Part shown: one piece after another, positions 46,459 through 56,635 of the stretch
How positions within the stretch are numbered: position 1 is the first letter of the stretch
Layout of the letters: each line of letters opens with the position of its first letter
DNA from: an uncultured delta proteobacterium
GTDB lineage: Bacteria > Myxococcota > UBA727 > VGSZ01
Length of the DNA: 64,000 bases
Direction of reading: 5' to 3'
NCBI GenBank assembly: GCA_963775425.1
Contig: CAVZJB010000010.1
Coordinates: 1 to 64,000, forward strand
Position numbers and translations under genes: made by a program
Notes under the pieces: model-generated
The model's database searches: none
The model's input: only the letters and a program-made list of their open reading frames with translations
What the model was told of the DNA's origin: nothing

Positions 46459-48068
46459 TCGCCGCCGTGCTCACGTCGCTGCTCGCGGCGCAGTGCTCGG
46501 GCGCCGCCTGCCCGAACCCGTGCACCGCGTGCGCGTTTCAACCGGTGCAGGGCACCGACCCCGACGCCGCCGGCTACCAGGACCTGTTCCGCGCCGTCGC
46601 CCAACGACAGGGCGCCGCGGACCTCCCGAGCGTCGCCACCATCGAGACCGGCCCGGACCGCGCGCGCGCAGCGTCGGAGTTTCCCTGCCGCCTGCTGCCG
46701 GCCATCGGCGCCGTGGAGTCGTCGATCACCGAGTTCTGCTCGGGCAACGGCCGCACCGTCATCTCGTTCGACTGCGGCTTCGGCGTCATGCAGGTGACGA
46801 GCGGGGCCTCGAGGTATCCAGGCATCCAATCGCGCGCCGACGTCAACATCGCCGCCGGCGCCGACATCCTCGCGCAGAAGTGGAACGGCGATCAGAGCTT
46901 CGGCGGTCACTTCGGCGACAGCGACCCGAGCGTCCTCGAGAGTTGGTACTTCGCCGTGTGGGCGTACAACGGCTTCGTCTACGGCAACAACCCGAACAAC
47001 CCCGACCTCCCCGCCAACCGGCCGCCCTTCCGCAGCCCGGGCTCACTGTCGCGCGGCAGCTATCCGTACCAGGAGCTCGTGTGGGGCTTCCTGCAGTTCC
47101 CGCTCGACAAGGGTGGCGTCGCCATGTGGGATCCGGTCGCCGTCAGCTACCCCGACGACGTCCCCAACCAGCCCGGGCTCTTCAACGTCTCGCTGCCGCT
47201 GCCGGCGCCGTCGCACGTCGACAGTTGCGTCGAGCAATGCCCGCCCGCGGGCTGCCCGCCGGCCGACGAGCGCGAGCTCATCCTCGACGACGCCGACGCC
47301 TCCTTCACCGTCGACGGCGACGTCTCCCACGACGACAGCGGCGGCTTCCGCGACGGCTTCCTCGACGCCGCCGTCGCGCCCGCCGGCGCGCCCACCGTCC
47401 ACGCGCGCTTCGAGGGCACGGCGCCGTCGTCGGGGACCTTCGAGCTGGGCGGCTTCGTTCCCCTGGATCCGGCCACGTGCAGCGACGTCCACGTCGTCGT
47501 CCACGCGCGCGGCGCCGCGAGGGTCTTCTCTCTCGACGAGGGCGTGAACGGCGGGGTGTTCCAGACGCTCGGCGACGTCGTGCTCGAGCAGGGACAGCCC
47601 GTGGTCGTCGAGGTCGAAAACGACACCACGGATCCCGACGCCACGCACCGCGTGGGCATCGACGCGTTCCGTTTGTCGTGGAAGGGCGACGGCGACGTCG
47701 CCGCCGGCGCCGGCTGCGCCGACGACGTCGACTGCGCGGGCGACGCCCTCTGCCTCGCCGGCGCATGCGCCGCCGGGTGCAACGACGACGGCGCGGCCGC
47801 GTGCGACCCGGGCGCCGCCTGCGACGCCCCGAGCGGCCTGTGCGGCGACGGCGCGGGCGAAGGCGAAGGCGAAGGCGAGGGCGAGGGCGAGGGCGAGGGC
47901 GAGGGCGACATCGTCGTGCAGGTGCCGCCGCCCCGGGGCTGCACGTGCGACACCGGCGGCGGCGCTCCCTCCGGGGGCCCCTTCGCGCTCGGCGCGGCGC
48001 TCGCGCTCCTGTGCGCGACCCGGTTCATGCGCGGCCGCCGGCTCCCCCCGCTCGATCCCCGCGCGTGA
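46455..48068 (+). CDS. Lytic transglycosylase/lysozyme-like protein with carbohydrate-binding-like domain, Cys-rich module, GE linker and MYXO-CTERM-like tail
   Basis: SLT-like motifs AVESS, GFGVMQV, AYNG; IDAFRL end of a golvesin-like domain; GCTC...hydrophobic...RR tail. Confidence 0.78.
   Translation: MIAAVLTSLLAAQCSGAACPNPCTACAFQPVQGTDPDAAGYQDLFRAVAQRQGAADLPSVATIETGPDRARAASEFPCRLLPAIGAVESSITEFCSGNGRTVISFDCGFGVMQVTSGASRYPGIQSRADVNIAAGADILAQKWNGDQSFGGHFGDSDPSVLESWYFAVWAYNGFVYGNNPNNPDLPANRPPFRSPGSLSRGSYPYQELVWGFLQFPLDKGGVAMWDPVAVSYPDDVPNQPGLFNVSLPLPAPSHVDSCVEQCPPAGCPPADERELILDDADASFTVDGDVSHDDSGGFRDGFLDAAVAPAGAPTVHARFEGTAPSSGTFELGGFVPLDPATCSDVHVVVHARGAARVFSLDEGVNGGVFQTLGDVVLEQGQPVVVEVENDTTDPDATHRVGIDAFRLSWKGDGDVAAGAGCADDVDCAGDALCLAGACAAGCNDDGAAACDPGAACDAPSGLCGDGAGEGEGEGEGEGEGEGEGDIVVQVPPPRGCTCDTGGGAPSGGPFALGAALALLCATRFMRGRRLPPLDPRA
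47856..47906 (+). repeat. Short (Gly-Glu)n hexamer repeat
   Basis: GGCGAA/GGCGAG, about 8 copies. Confidence 0.9.
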
Positions 48069-48640
48069 CGTCGTCCCGGGCGAAGAAGCGCGCGCTGACC
48101 GCGCTCGGCGCCGGCGCCGCCTGCGTCGCCGCGGCCTGCCTCCTCGTCGTCGCCGCGCGCGCCGGCGTGCTCCTGCCCGCCGTCGCCGCCGTCGCCTTCG
48201 CCGGCGTCGCCGCGTGGGTGGCCGGCGGGCGCGCGCGGCGACGGCACCTGCCCGGGGAGCGCGCCCGCCTGTTGCCGCCGCGCCCGAGCGGCCGCTGCCC
48301 CACCTGCGGCGCGCCGCTCGCCGCCGCCGCGGGCGCCCACGCGGCGCGCGCGTGCCCGCGCGGTCACGGCGCGCTCGTCCCCGCCCCCGCCAGCGAGCGG
48401 CTCCTCGAGCGCGCCGGGGGCAGCGCCGACGTCGTGCGCGCCGGAGGGTCGCGCGAGACACCCGGTCCGGTGTGGCGCAAGCGCGTCCCCTGCCCCGCGT
48501 GCGCCGCCGAGATGCGCGTGGCGCTCGCCGACCGCGTCGGCCTCGGCCTCGACATGTGCCCCGGCTGCGGCGCGCTCTGGCTCGACGCGCCGGTGTGGCG
48601 CGAGCTCAGCGTCGACGGCGCGCTCCTGCCCGGACCGTGA
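48065..48640 (+). CDS. Membrane protein with two zf-TFIIB-like zinc ribbons
   Basis: Two TMs; CPTC..CPRGHG; CPAC..DMCPGCGALWLD. Confidence 0.75.
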   Translation: MTSSRAKKRALTALGAGAACVAAACLLVVAARAGVLLPAVAAVAFAGVAAWVAGGRARRRHLPGERARLLPPRPSGRCPTCGAPLAAAAGAHAARACPRGHGALVPAPASERLLERAGGSADVVRAGGSRETPGPVWRKRVPCPACAAEMRVALADRVGLGLDMCPGCGALWLDAPVWRELSVDGALLPGP

Positions 48641-48725
48641 CGACGACGGCCGCGGCGACGGTGAGGGCGCTGCGCGCGCCGGCGGCTTCGACGACAACGC
48701 AGGCCCACCGTCGTACGCTCGGCTC

Positions 48726-51194
48726 ATGCACCACGTCGCGTTCGTGCCCCGCCGGGTATGCGGGTCGCTCGCCGCCTGCGTCGTCGCGCTCGTCGCCGGC
48801 GGGTGCGTGTTCGAGGACGGCGCGCCCGACGGCGCCGTCATCCTGTGCGCCGGCGACGCGGACTGCCCGAGCGGCTCGCGCTGCGCCGTGGCGTCGCACG
48901 TGTGCGCGCAGCCCGGCGAGGTCGTCGACGTCGTCGCGCCGGCGCTCGTCGAGGCGCGCTTCGACCGCCGCTTCGTCTCCGAGGGCGCCGTCACGCTCAC
49001 CGTGAGCGCGGACGAGGCGCTTGGCGCTCCGCCCGTCTTGTCGTGGCACGGCGACGATCCGGGATTCGCGCTCGTCGACTTCGCCGGCACCGACGCCCAC
49101 TTCACCCTCGCCGACGCCGCCGCGCTCCCCGACGGCGTTTCGTTCACGCTCGCGTCCGTCACCCTCGAAGACGCCGTCCACAACAGCGCGGAACGGGCGG
49201 CGCCCGTCGACGCCGTCCTGCTCGTCGACCGCACGCCGCCCGTCATCGCCGACCTGCGCGCCGAGCACGACGACCCCGCCGCGGCCGCGCTCCCGTTCTC
49301 GGCGCAACCGGGCACCGACGTCGTGGAGATCTCGTTCCTCGTCGGCGAGGACGTCGAGCCCGCGGACGCCACGGTGGCCCTCGGCACATGCGCGGTCTCG
49401 TCCGTGCCGCCGAGCGGAGGGCGCTTCGCCTTCACCGCCGCCATCACCGGCGGCTGCACCACCAACGGCCAAGCCGACGTCATCGTCACCGTCCACGACC
49501 GCGCCGGGAACGTCGCCAGCGACGCAGCCCGCATCGACGTCGACCTCGCCGCCCCCGCGGCCAGCGCGGTGATCACGGTGCGGCGCCCGGGCTCGAGCGA
49601 GCCCGTGGCCGGCGCGCTCGCGGGCACCGACGTCGTCATCGACATCGCCTCCGACGAGGCCCTCGCCGCGGCCCCCGACGTCGCCTTCGACGGCGCCGCC
49701 CTCGCGCTCGACCCTGCGACGGTCCGGATCGACGAGGTCACCGCCGCCCGCTGGACGTTCCACGCGCGCGTGGCCGCCGTCGGCGACGGCGACAGCGCCG
49801 CCGTGCACGCCGGCCTCGTCGACCTGGTCGGAAACGCGAGCACCGTCGAGCTCGGCGCCGTCCCCCTCGCCACGGCAGTGGAGTCACCGTGCGTCGACGG
49901 CGGCGCGGGCTGCGTCGACTTCGACGGCGACAGCGATCCCGCGCTGTCCGCTTCCTGCATCGGCGGCCGCGACGTCGACGACACCGATCCGCTCGTGCAC
50001 TTCGGGGCCGAGGAGCTCCCCGGCGACGGCCTCGCCAACGACGGCGGCGACGGCGGCGACCTGCCCATCGACGAGACCACCGGTGTCTTCGTCGACTTCG
50101 CGGCGCCCGCCGGCGGCGACGGCAGCCGCGCGGCGCCGCTCAACGACCTCGCGGCCGCGCAGCAGGCGCTCGGCACGCGCCGCTGGCTGTTCTTGCGTGT
50201 CGGCGGACCGTATCCGCTCGACGAGGAATTGGCCGCGAGCCTCCTCGGCGGCCTCGACGCCGACTGGCAGCGATCGGCGCTCACGAACACGCCCACGGCA
50301 GGCTCGCCGGCGGACCCGAGCCTCTCCCACGTTGCCTACCAGGCCGGGAGCATCTCGATGGGCGCCCGCGGCGGCGCCCAGGTCCTCGACGGCGTCGACT
50401 TCGACATGGTCTTCGACGTGTTCGCCGACTCACCGTTGGTAGTGCACCGCAGCAACGTTCACTCGGGCGGCACCATCGATGCGCAGGCCTCCGTCCTCGC
50501 GTCCGCCGCCGTCTTCGAGAAGCTGGGCTTGAGCGGCAACTCCGGGCCTTCGCTGCTGTCGGGCTGCGACCTCGGAAACACCGTCACCGTCACGTCGGGT
50601 CAGCTCCTCGTCGTCGGCGCCCGACCCAACGACTTCGAGACCAGCGGCGACTTCAGCGTTCGCGCCGCCGCAGGGTCGCGCGTCGCCGTGGTCAACAGCG
50701 TGCTCGGCAGCGTGATCTGCGACGGCTGCGCCGCGCTCACGGTGGTCCACTCCACGCTGTTCGGTCAGACGAACACCTCGTCGGTGCTCTCCATCTCCGC
50801 GCCCGCGTCGACGGCGCTCATCGTCGACGACATCTTCACGTTCGTCGACGCCCCCGCGGTGACGTCGTTCATCGAGCTGAGCGGCGTCCCGGACGGCGGC
50901 GTCTCCATCAACAACAACCTGTTCGACGACGTCAATGTCCCGCTCCTCGCCGGAGACAGCTTCAGCGCCGCTGACGCAGCAGCGCTCAACGCCTGCGGGC
51001 CGCAGTGCGCGAACGCCGGCGGCAACTTCGTCGCCGGCCCCGCGCTCGCCGCGGACAAGACCCACCTCACCGGCGTGAGCCCCGCCGCCGGCGCGGGCAC
51101 CGCGGTCCCGGGCGCGCCCGCCGCGGCCGCCGCCGACGTCGACGGAGACTGTCGCCACGGCGACGCCGTCGCCGTCGGGCCCGACGAGCCCTGA
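48726..51194 (+). CDS. Large surface lipoprotein: Ig-like repeats, MopE-like metal-binding motif, beta-helix
   Basis: Lipobox AGGC; VDRTPP, DRAGN, DLVGN Ig ends; DFDGD...DDTDP.VH.GAEE..GDG..ND; GDGSRAAP. Confidence 0.8.
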   Translation: MHHVAFVPRRVCGSLAACVVALVAGGCVFEDGAPDGAVILCAGDADCPSGSRCAVASHVCAQPGEVVDVVAPALVEARFDRRFVSEGAVTLTVSADEALGAPPVLSWHGDDPGFALVDFAGTDAHFTLADAAALPDGVSFTLASVTLEDAVHNSAERAAPVDAVLLVDRTPPVIADLRAEHDDPAAAALPFSAQPGTDVVEISFLVGEDVEPADATVALGTCAVSSVPPSGGRFAFTAAITGGCTTNGQADVIVTVHDRAGNVASDAARIDVDLAAPAASAVITVRRPGSSEPVAGALAGTDVVIDIASDEALAAAPDVAFDGAALALDPATVRIDEVTAARWTFHARVAAVGDGDSAAVHAGLVDLVGNASTVELGAVPLATAVESPCVDGGAGCVDFDGDSDPALSASCIGGRDVDDTDPLVHFGAEELPGDGLANDGGDGGDLPIDETTGVFVDFAAPAGGDGSRAAPLNDLAAAQQALGTRRWLFLRVGGPYPLDEELAASLLGGLDADWQRSALTNTPTAGSPADPSLSHVAYQAGSISMGARGGAQVLDGVDFDMVFDVFADSPLVVHRSNVHSGGTIDAQASVLASAAVFEKLGLSGNSGPSLLSGCDLGNTVTVTSGQLLVVGARPNDFETSGDFSVRAAAGSRVAVVNSVLGSVICDGCAALTVVHSTLFGQTNTSSVLSISAPASTALIVDDIFTFVDAPAVTSFIELSGVPDGGVSINNNLFDDVNVPLLAGDSFSAADAAALNACGPQCANAGGNFVAGPALAADKTHLTGVSPAAGAGTAVPGAPAAAAADVDGDCRHGDAVAVGPDEP

Positions 51195-51234
51195 CCCGGC
51201 GGGCGACGACGAGCGCCGCGCCGCCGCGCCGTCG

Positions 51235-51898
51235 TCACGCCGCGGGGCCGCGCACGATCTTGACGTTGAAGTCCGGCGTCTTCAGCGCGCCGAACATGCG
51301 CAGCCACAGCGGGAGGTACATCTCCAGGCCGCGGGACTGGCCGACGTCACCGAGATCGATGACGTCCTTCCAGCCGAACCACTGCGTGAGGAATCTCGCG
51401 CACCTTGCTCTTGGCGCCGGCGTCGTTGCCGCACATGAACATGGTGTGGTCGCCACCGGCGAGCTTGCCCGGCTCGATCATCAACCCACAGTTCACGGTA
51501 TTCAGCGTCTTGACGACGTGGGCGTCGGGGAACGCCTTCTGGATGCGCTCGCCGACGGAGTCGTCGTTGCACACCGAGAGGGTGGGCGGCATGCCCTTGG
51601 AGAAGTCGAGCGAATTCGAGATGTCGACGATGGTCTTGCCCTTGAGGTTGCCCTCGCCCGCCGCCTTGAGCGCGTCAAGCGACGCGCCGCCGGCGGTGCA
51701 GTTGAAGACCACCTCGCCGAACGCGGCGGCGTCGGCGAAGGTACCGGTGGAGGCCTTTGCCCCCGCCTCCTTCACCCACGCGACGGCCTTCTCGTTCGTG
51801 GCCGTGCGCGAGCCCATCTTCACCTCGTGACCGAGCGCGACGAGCTTGTTGCCGATGGCCTGCCCGACCATTCCCGTTCCCAATACAGCGATCTTCAT
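51235..51898 (-). pseudogene. NADPH-dependent F420 reductase-family oxidoreductase with a single frameshift near 51390
   Basis: MKIAVLGTGMVG...VVKTLNT...KVREI continues in another frame as [15 protein letters not shown]...GLEMYLPLW. Confidence 0.85.
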
Positions 51899-51979
51899 AT
51901 CCGCCTCCTTGCCCTTCGTGGGACGGCTCGACTGTCGCCACCCTCCGGCGCGTTGACAAGGGCGCCGGACGCACCGTAG

Positions 51980-51998
51980 CGTCAACCTGAGGTTGACG
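51980..51998. promoter_or_regulatory. Inverted repeat CGTCAACCT-G-AGGTTGACG, probable LysR operator
   Basis: Perfect 9-bp arms in the divergent region, directly before the lysR ATG. Confidence 0.7.
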
Positions 51999-52892
51999 AT
52001 GCGCGCCGCCGCCGAGCTCGACGTGTTCCGCGGCGTGGTGCCGTTCGTCGCCGTCGTCGAGGAGCTGAGCTTCCGCAGAGCGGCCGTGCGCCTCGGCGTC
52101 ACCTCCGCCGCCGTCAGCAAGGCCGTGCAGACGCTCGAGGGCGAGCTCGGCGTGAAGCTGCTCGAGCGCACCTCGCGCGCGGTGTCCGTCACGCGCGAGG
52201 GCGTGCTGTTCTATGAGCGCTGCCGCGGCGCCGTCGCCGCCGTCGCCGGCGCGCGCGAGGAGACGGTGGCCTCGCGGCGCGCGCCGCAGGGCGAGGCCAC
52301 CGTCTCGTCGCCGTTCATCGTCGCGCCGACGGTGGTCGCCGCGATGGCGCGGCTGCGCGAGCGCCACCCGCGGCTCACGGTGCGCCTCCAGGTCAGCGAT
52401 CAGCTCGCCAAGCTCGCCTTCGCCCGCGTCGACGTCGCCGTGCGCATCGGAGCCGCCGACGAGAGCCTGGTGGCGCACCCGTTGCGCGGCACGCGCTGGG
52501 TGACGGTGGCGTCGCCTGCGTACCTCGCGCGCCGCGGAGTCCCCGCGCGCGCCGCGGACCTCGCCGCCCACGACTGCCTTGTCTTCCTCGCGCCCAACGG
52601 TCGCCCGCGCGCCTGGTCCTTCGCCACCGACGCGCGCGCGGCGGCGCGTCCGCAAGCGGCGCTGCTCGTCGACCACGGCCCCTCCCTCCTCGACGCCGCG
52701 CGCGCGGGGATGGGCGTCGCGCAGGTGCTCGACTTCATGGTCGAGGAAGACCTGCGCGCCGGGCGCCTCCTCGAAGTGCTCGCCGACGACGCCGTCGCCG
52801 GCCCGCCGCTGCGCGCCCTCTCGCTGCCGGGCCGCCGATCGCCGAACGTCCGCGCCATCGTCGCCGCGCTCGGGGAAGCGTTCACGCGCTGA
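51999..52892 (+). CDS. LysR-family transcriptional regulator (CrgA-like)
   Basis: SFRRAAVRLGVTSAAVSKAV..LE..LGVKLLERTSR; VDVAVRIG; ASPAYL. Confidence 0.93.
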   Translation: MRAAAELDVFRGVVPFVAVVEELSFRRAAVRLGVTSAAVSKAVQTLEGELGVKLLERTSRAVSVTREGVLFYERCRGAVAAVAGAREETVASRRAPQGEATVSSPFIVAPTVVAAMARLRERHPRLTVRLQVSDQLAKLAFARVDVAVRIGAADESLVAHPLRGTRWVTVASPAYLARRGVPARAADLAAHDCLVFLAPNGRPRAWSFATDARAAARPQAALLVDHGPSLLDAARAGMGVAQVLDFMVEEDLRAGRLLEVLADDAVAGPPLRALSLPGRRSPNVRAIVAALGEAFTR

Positions 52893-52930
52893 GCTCCGTT
52901 CCCACCGCCGCGGCGGCGGTGACGCCGCGC

Positions 52931-54121
52931 TCAGCCGTCGACCTGGTCGGTGGCGAGCTTCAGCGCGCCGCTCGCGGTGCGGTCGAAGTAAAGGACGTGG
53001 CTGTTGTCGTCGACGTCGCGCCAGGCGGCGACCTCGTAGCTCTTGCCGTCCGTGGAGCGCGTGAAGTTGCCGACGGCGAGCGTGCCCTGCGCGCGCGGGC
53101 CGATGCCGACCGCGCCGCGCGCGTCGGCCTGGAATTGGAAGCCGGTGGGCCAGAGCACCTCGAGCGCCGCGGTGGCCACCTCGCGCTGGGCCGGGGTCAG
53201 GGCCGTGCTGCCGAAGTCAATCTCGCGGAGGTCACCGCCGCTCGAGCGCATCTCGCCCTGGTTGATGACGACGTCGCCGGGCCACCCTTGCGGCGGCTGC
53301 CCCGCGGCCGCGCGCTCGACGGCCTCGCTCATGCCGTCCTCGACCGTGGGCGCATCGAGGGCGAAGAACCGCGCGTGGAGCCGGTCGCGACCGAAGAACG
53401 GATCAAAGCGGAGATCGGCGCCGTCCCACAGCCGCGCCGACGCCAGGCCGTTGCCGCTCGCGTCGAAGACCTCGAGGTGCTCGTCGTGCCCGTCCGTCGT
53501 CGTGTAGAGCACGAACGCGTCCACGCCGCCGACCTTGCCTTGGTGCAGCGACGTCGTGCAGCCCGCCGAAGCGCCGCGCGCGAAGGAGTCCCAGGCCGCG
53601 ACCACCGCCGCCGGCACGCGGCTGCGATCCGCGTGGCCGGGCCGCACGTCGAGGACCGTGCCGCCCGGGATGCCGGCGTTGTGAAAACCGCCGGCGCGGA
53701 AGTCGAACGTCGCCACGCCGGCCTTCACCGCGGCGACGGGGTCGACCGGCGTCCCGCGCCCGCGCACGCGGAGCATGGCGAGCTCGGTGAGCGCCCCGAG
53801 CGCGGGGTCGGCCTGCTTGATGGCGGCCACCTCCGCGTTGGACAACCAGACGCCGTCGCGGCCCTCGTTGTTGGCGTTGAAGGCGCCCCAGGTGCGTTCG
53901 CTGTCGCTGGTGGCGCGCTCGACGAGCGCGTCCACATGGACGCGGGTGCCCTTGCCGCCGTCTCGCCGGATCTCCTGGTCGGCCCGCTGCAGGACGGGGT
54001 CGAGCTTCTTGGCCTCGACCCTGGACACGAGCGTGTTGCCGCCTGCGCCGGCCTCCGCTCTCTCGCGGAGGATGTCTCGCAGGGCAAGCTTGGCGTCTTT
54101 GGTGTGCACGCGGTTCGGCAT
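52931..54121 (-). CDS. Hypothetical protein
   Basis: Long ORF with coding-like composition; ATG at 54121. Confidence 0.75.
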   Translation of the reverse strand: MPNRVHTKDAKLALRDILRERAEAGAGGNTLVSRVEAKKLDPVLQRADQEIRRDGGKGTRVHVDALVERATSDSERTWGAFNANNEGRDGVWLSNAEVAAIKQADPALGALTELAMLRVRGRGTPVDPVAAVKAGVATFDFRAGGFHNAGIPGGTVLDVRPGHADRSRVPAAVVAAWDSFARGASAGCTTSLHQGKVGGVDAFVLYTTTDGHDEHLEVFDASGNGLASARLWDGADLRFDPFFGRDRLHARFFALDAPTVEDGMSEAVERAAAGQPPQGWPGDVVINQGEMRSSGGDLREIDFGSTALTPAQREVATAALEVLWPTGFQFQADARGAVGIGPRAQGTLAVGNFTRSTDGKSYEVAAWRDVDDNSHVLYFDRTASGALKLATDQVDG

Positions 54122-54219
54122 GGGTGTCTCCGCCTCGAGCCTACCGCACCGTGGCGAGCGCGTGCCGCCGCGCATCGTTGGCAGCTCCCGTGCGGCGACG
54201 TACAGAGCGGGGAGCCGAG

Positions 54220-55482
54220 ATGAAGATCCTGCTCGTCGCCAGCACGTTCCCCGCGTCTGAAGGAGACGCCGCGCCGGCGTTCGTGAAGGACCTCGTCATC
54301 GCGCTCAAGCGCGCGCACCCGGAGCTCGAGATCGACGTGCTCGCGCCGCAGGTCCTCGATCGCACGGCGACGTTCACGAGGCGCGGGCAGTACGACGAGT
54401 ACCGCTTCCCCTACTTCCTGCCGCGCTCCGGGCAGAAGCTCGCCGGCCGCGGCATCGTGCCCGCGCTCGAGCAGAACCGCGCGCTGCTCCTTCAGGTGCC
54501 GTTCCTGTTCGCGGGCGAAGGCCTCGCCCTGTGGCGGCACGTCAAGCGCCACAAGCCCGACGTCATCTACGCGCATTGGTTCACGCCGCAGGGCGTGATG
54601 GCCGCGCTCGTCTCGAGCGTCACCGGCGTGCCGTGGGTGCTCACGAGCCACGCCAACGACGTGCGCGTCTGGAGCAAGCTCCCCGTCGTTGGGCGCGGCA
54701 TCGTGCGCCGGCTGCTGCCGCGCGCGCGCCGGCTGACCGCGGTGAGCGCCGCCACGCGCGACAAGATGCGCGCGTTCTTCTCCGACGCCGAGTGGGCGGC
54801 GCTGGCGGCGCGGGTCGAGATCCTGCCCATGGGCGTCGACGTCGCGTCGCTGGGCCGGGCGCGGACGGAGACGCCTGCGGCGTTGAAGGCACGCCACGAG
54901 CTCGCCGGCCGCTGGGTCATCACCTTCGTGGGACGCCTCGCGGAGAAGAAGGGCGTCTCGTTCCTGCTCGAGGCCGTGGCGCGGCTCCCGCACAAGGAGC
55001 GGGTGGCGCTCGTGGTCGCCGGCGACGGCCCCCTGCGCGCGACGCTGGAGGCGCAGGCGAAGGCGCTCGGCCTCGCCGGGATCGTCCGATTCGTCGGTTT
55101 TGTAACCGGCGAAACGAAGCTAGACCTGCTCCACCTCGCCGACGTCGTCGTGGTGCCGTCCATCGAGACCGCCTCCGGCGACAGCGAGGGCTTCCCCGTC
55201 GTCATCATGGAGGCGCTCGCGGCCGGAAAGCTCTGTATCGCGTCCGACGCCACCGGCGCCGAGGGCGTGCTCGTCGACGGCGAGACGGGCTTCGTGGTGC
55301 CGCAGAAGGACGCGGCGGCGCTGGCGGCCAAGCTCGAGCACGCGCTCGCCCTCGACGAGGCCACGCGGGAGGCCATCGCCGCCCGCGGCCGCGCCGCGGT
55401 GCAAGCGCTCGACTGGGCGGAGATCGCGCGCCGCACGTACGACTTCCTGCTCGCGCCGCTCGGTCGAGCTACGGGCGGGTGA
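54220..55482 (+). CDS. Glycosyltransferase family 4
   Basis: AHWFTPQG, FVGRLAEKKG, SEGFPVVIMEALAAG. Confidence 0.93.
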   Translation: MKILLVASTFPASEGDAAPAFVKDLVIALKRAHPELEIDVLAPQVLDRTATFTRRGQYDEYRFPYFLPRSGQKLAGRGIVPALEQNRALLLQVPFLFAGEGLALWRHVKRHKPDVIYAHWFTPQGVMAALVSSVTGVPWVLTSHANDVRVWSKLPVVGRGIVRRLLPRARRLTAVSAATRDKMRAFFSDAEWAALAARVEILPMGVDVASLGRARTETPAALKARHELAGRWVITFVGRLAEKKGVSFLLEAVARLPHKERVALVVAGDGPLRATLEAQAKALGLAGIVRFVGFVTGETKLDLLHLADVVVVPSIETASGDSEGFPVVIMEALAAGKLCIASDATGAEGVLVDGETGFVVPQKDAAALAAKLEHALALDEATREAIAARGRAAVQALDWAEIARRTYDFLLAPLGRATGG

Positions 55483-56635
55483 AGCGGGTGGCGAGCTCGG
55501 CGACGAGGGCGTCGTGGGCGCGCGCCAGCGCCGGCAGCCGGGCCTCGATCCGCGAAAACAGCCGGCGCGGATCTTCGTGGAGCTCGAGCACCTGCGCGCG
55601 CACCTTGCCGACGTCGAAGCGCCGCGCGTCGTGGACCCACTCGGAGATGCCGAGGTCCTCGTACGCGCCGTAGCCCTTGCGCTCGTACGACAGGTGGATC
55701 GCCGGCCACCCGGCCAGGAGAGACGCGATGGCGCCGTGCAGCCGGACCGACACCACCACGCCCGGCGTGTGTCGCGGCAGGAGCGCGCCGAGGTCGCCGG
55801 CGTCGGGGAGGCGGAGCGCGCGCAGGAACTGGCGATCGCTGCGCGGGCCGTCGACGTCCGCCTGCACCGCCCACAGGGGCGAAGGCACGGTGGACCCGAG
55901 CTCGCGCAGGCGATCGTGGTAGCCGGGCGCCCTTGGCAGCTCGCGACCGACGACGACGGTGGGCCCGCCCGCGCCGCCGCTCGGCATCGGGATGCCCGCG
56001 AGGGACTCGGCGAGCCGCAGCACGGCGAGGTCGGGACAGCGACGCACGTCGGTGACGCCGGCGAGCTCGGCGAGGGTCTCGTCGTCGCGGGCGTACACGA
56101 CGTCGATGCGGGACAGCGCGCGACGCGCCAGCTCCCCCACCGGGCCGCGCAGCGGACCGATGCTCTGCGGCAGGTAGATCGACGGCACGCGCGCGCGGCC
56201 GGCGGCGAGGAGCTGCGGCATGTGGTTGAGGAGCACGCCGCCCTGTCGCACCACCGAGTCCGCGACGAGGTAGCCGCCGCCCACGGCGACGACGCCGTCG
56301 ACGCCCTCGAGCATCGCGCCGACCTCGCCGGCGAGCCTCGCCGTGATGGACGGGACGGCGGCCTTGAGCGGCGCGCGGTCGACGAGCTCCGCGGCGCCGG
56401 CGCGCAGCGCTTCGAGCGCGGCGCCCGCCAGGCGGCGCGAGGGGCGCGCCCCACGCGGCTCGCCGGGGACGGCGCGCACGTCTGCGAGGTCGGCGAAGGA
56501 GGCCGCGTCGAGGGCCAGGATCCGACAGGCGCGCGCATCGAGCCCCGCCTGCTCGAGGACGCGGAGCGTGAGGTCGACGAGCAGGCCGTCGCCCGCGTTC
56601 TTCCGGCTGAAGGCGTGCAGGACGGCCAGCGTCAT
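55469..56635 (-). CDS. Polysaccharide pyruvyl transferase family protein
   Basis: NAGD, VGGG, PQSIGP, ARD, PDLA, SVRLHGAI, SYERK. Confidence 0.9.
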   Translation of the reverse strand: MTLAVLHAFSRKNAGDGLLVDLTLRVLEQAGLDARACRILALDAASFADLADVRAVPGEPRGARPSRRLAGAALEALRAGAAELVDRAPLKAAVPSITARLAGEVGAMLEGVDGVVAVGGGYLVADSVVRQGGVLLNHMPQLLAAGRARVPSIYLPQSIGPLRGPVGELARRALSRIDVVYARDDETLAELAGVTDVRRCPDLAVLRLAESLAGIPMPSGGAGGPTVVVGRELPRAPGYHDRLRELGSTVPSPLWAVQADVDGPRSDRQFLRALRLPDAGDLGALLPRHTPGVVVSVRLHGAIASLLAGWPAIHLSYERKGYGAYEDLGISEWVHDARRFDVGKVRAQVLELHEDPRRLFSRIEARLPALARAHDALVAELATRFTRP

